From the NCBI GenBank assembly GCA_046537975.1, contig JBKHJR010000004.1, positions 556 through 64,555 of the forward strand: a DNA stretch of 64,000 nt, written 5' to 3'. This DNA comes from Desulfurivibrionaceae bacterium. Lineage in GTDB: Bacteria > Desulfobacterota > Desulfobulbia > Desulfobulbales > SURF-16. Every line of letters begins with the position of its first letter. Within the stretch, counting starts at the first letter, position 1. Shown in pieces: positions 63,634 to 64,000 of this stretch. The notes under the pieces were generated by a model, which saw only the letters and a program-made list of their open reading frames with translations, did not search any database and had not been told where the DNA came from. A program made the position numbers and the translations under genes.

Positions 63634-64000
63634 ATGGCCCATACCGGAAAAGATCTTGCCCCTACTACGCCTCTTCTTCTGGCCATAGAGAATTCAGGTA
63701 TGTGCGGCAGTGTGGCACTGATCTGCCCTTCTTACTGTCTGGGCGAGTACAGCCTGCAGTCCCGGCAGACACATTCCAAACGTCTTCTCCCTGGTATTCA
63801 GAGGCTAATAAAGGATGCCGGGGTTGGCTGGCAGGATATAGACGGCATCGCCGTCAGTATCGGTCCTGGCAGCTTTACTGGTTTAAGGATAGGCTTGAGC
63901 ACCGCCAAAGGGCTGGCAACGGCGGCCTCTTTACCCCTTATAGGGATATCCAGCCTTGAAAGCCTTGCCCTGCAGTACAGTTATACCTCAACCAGAATCT
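63634..64000 (+). CDS. tsaB: tRNA threonylcarbamoyladenosine biosynthesis protein TsaB, N-terminal part (runs off window end)
   Basis: Hand translation from the ATG at 63634 gives MAHTGKDL...LLLAIENSGMCGSVAL...DGIAVSIGPGSFTGLRIGLSTAKGLA, the YeaZ/TsaB signature. Not in the ORF track because no stop lies within the window. Confidence 0.85.
   Translation, partial: MAHTGKDLAPTTPLLLAIENSGMCGSVALICPSYCLGEYSLQSRQTHSKRLLPGIQRLIKDAGVGWQDIDGIAVSIGPGSFTGLRIGLSTAKGLATAASLPLIGISSLESLALQYSYTSTRI

Noticed and set aside
1-64000. Looked for CRISPR arrays, IS elements or transposases, integrases next to the tRNA-Glu gene, toxin-antitoxin pairs, restriction-modification or other defence genes.
   Set aside because: None were found. 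No regularly spaced repeats over 20 bp occur in the regions I read. No ORF has DDE, tyrosine or serine recombinase, nuclease or defence-domain signatures. The tRNA is flanked by ordinary metabolic and transport genes.

Overview
Gene-dense 64-kb chromosomal window with about 68 protein genes and 1 tRNA. I saw no rRNA, CRISPR array, transposase, integrase or phage genes. Gene content suggests an anaerobic Desulfobacterota-type (deltaproteobacterial) genome; this is inference from futalosine-pathway mqnD, two iron-sulfur flavoproteins, an MvhD-like domain and Geobacter-type pilins. Most of the window is housekeeping. It holds lysC (partial), trmL, coaD-rsmD, asd, leuA, pssA-psd, ilvBN, mqnD, malQ, thiD, coaX, ldcA, plsC, prmA, thrC-rsfS, a fused secDF, purQ, tatC, ftsB, gmhB-waaF, and the conserved rpsB-tsf-pyrH-frr-uppS-cdsA-dxr-rseP-tsaB block. 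Four accessory or unusual regions stand out. (1) At 14.6-18.5 kb there is a split Geobacter-type pilin locus: two 59-aa-mature truncated pilins flank a small secreted acidic protein. A sigma-54 promoter and three phased TGTCA palindromes lie upstream, and an ABC exporter module follows. (2) At 2.6-5.8 kb a minimal Rieske/cytochrome b6-like module without a cytochrome c gene is co-oriented with a coiled-coil protein and a cNMP-binding/DUF4388 protein. (3) At 31.5-44 kb lies an LPS core region that looks lower in GC by eye. It has waaA, kdsB, three glycosyltransferases, three Kdo/WaaP-family kinases, a methyltransferase and msbA, with a decayed duplicate of the neighbouring hydrolase gene flanking msbA. 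(4) At 44.2-46.2 kb there is an orphan GltD-like flavoprotein fused to ferredoxin and a degenerate MvhD-like domain. I see no clear defence island or mobile element. The pilin locus is my best candidate for something not fully described. All calls come from reading the translations and sequence by eye; no database search was run.
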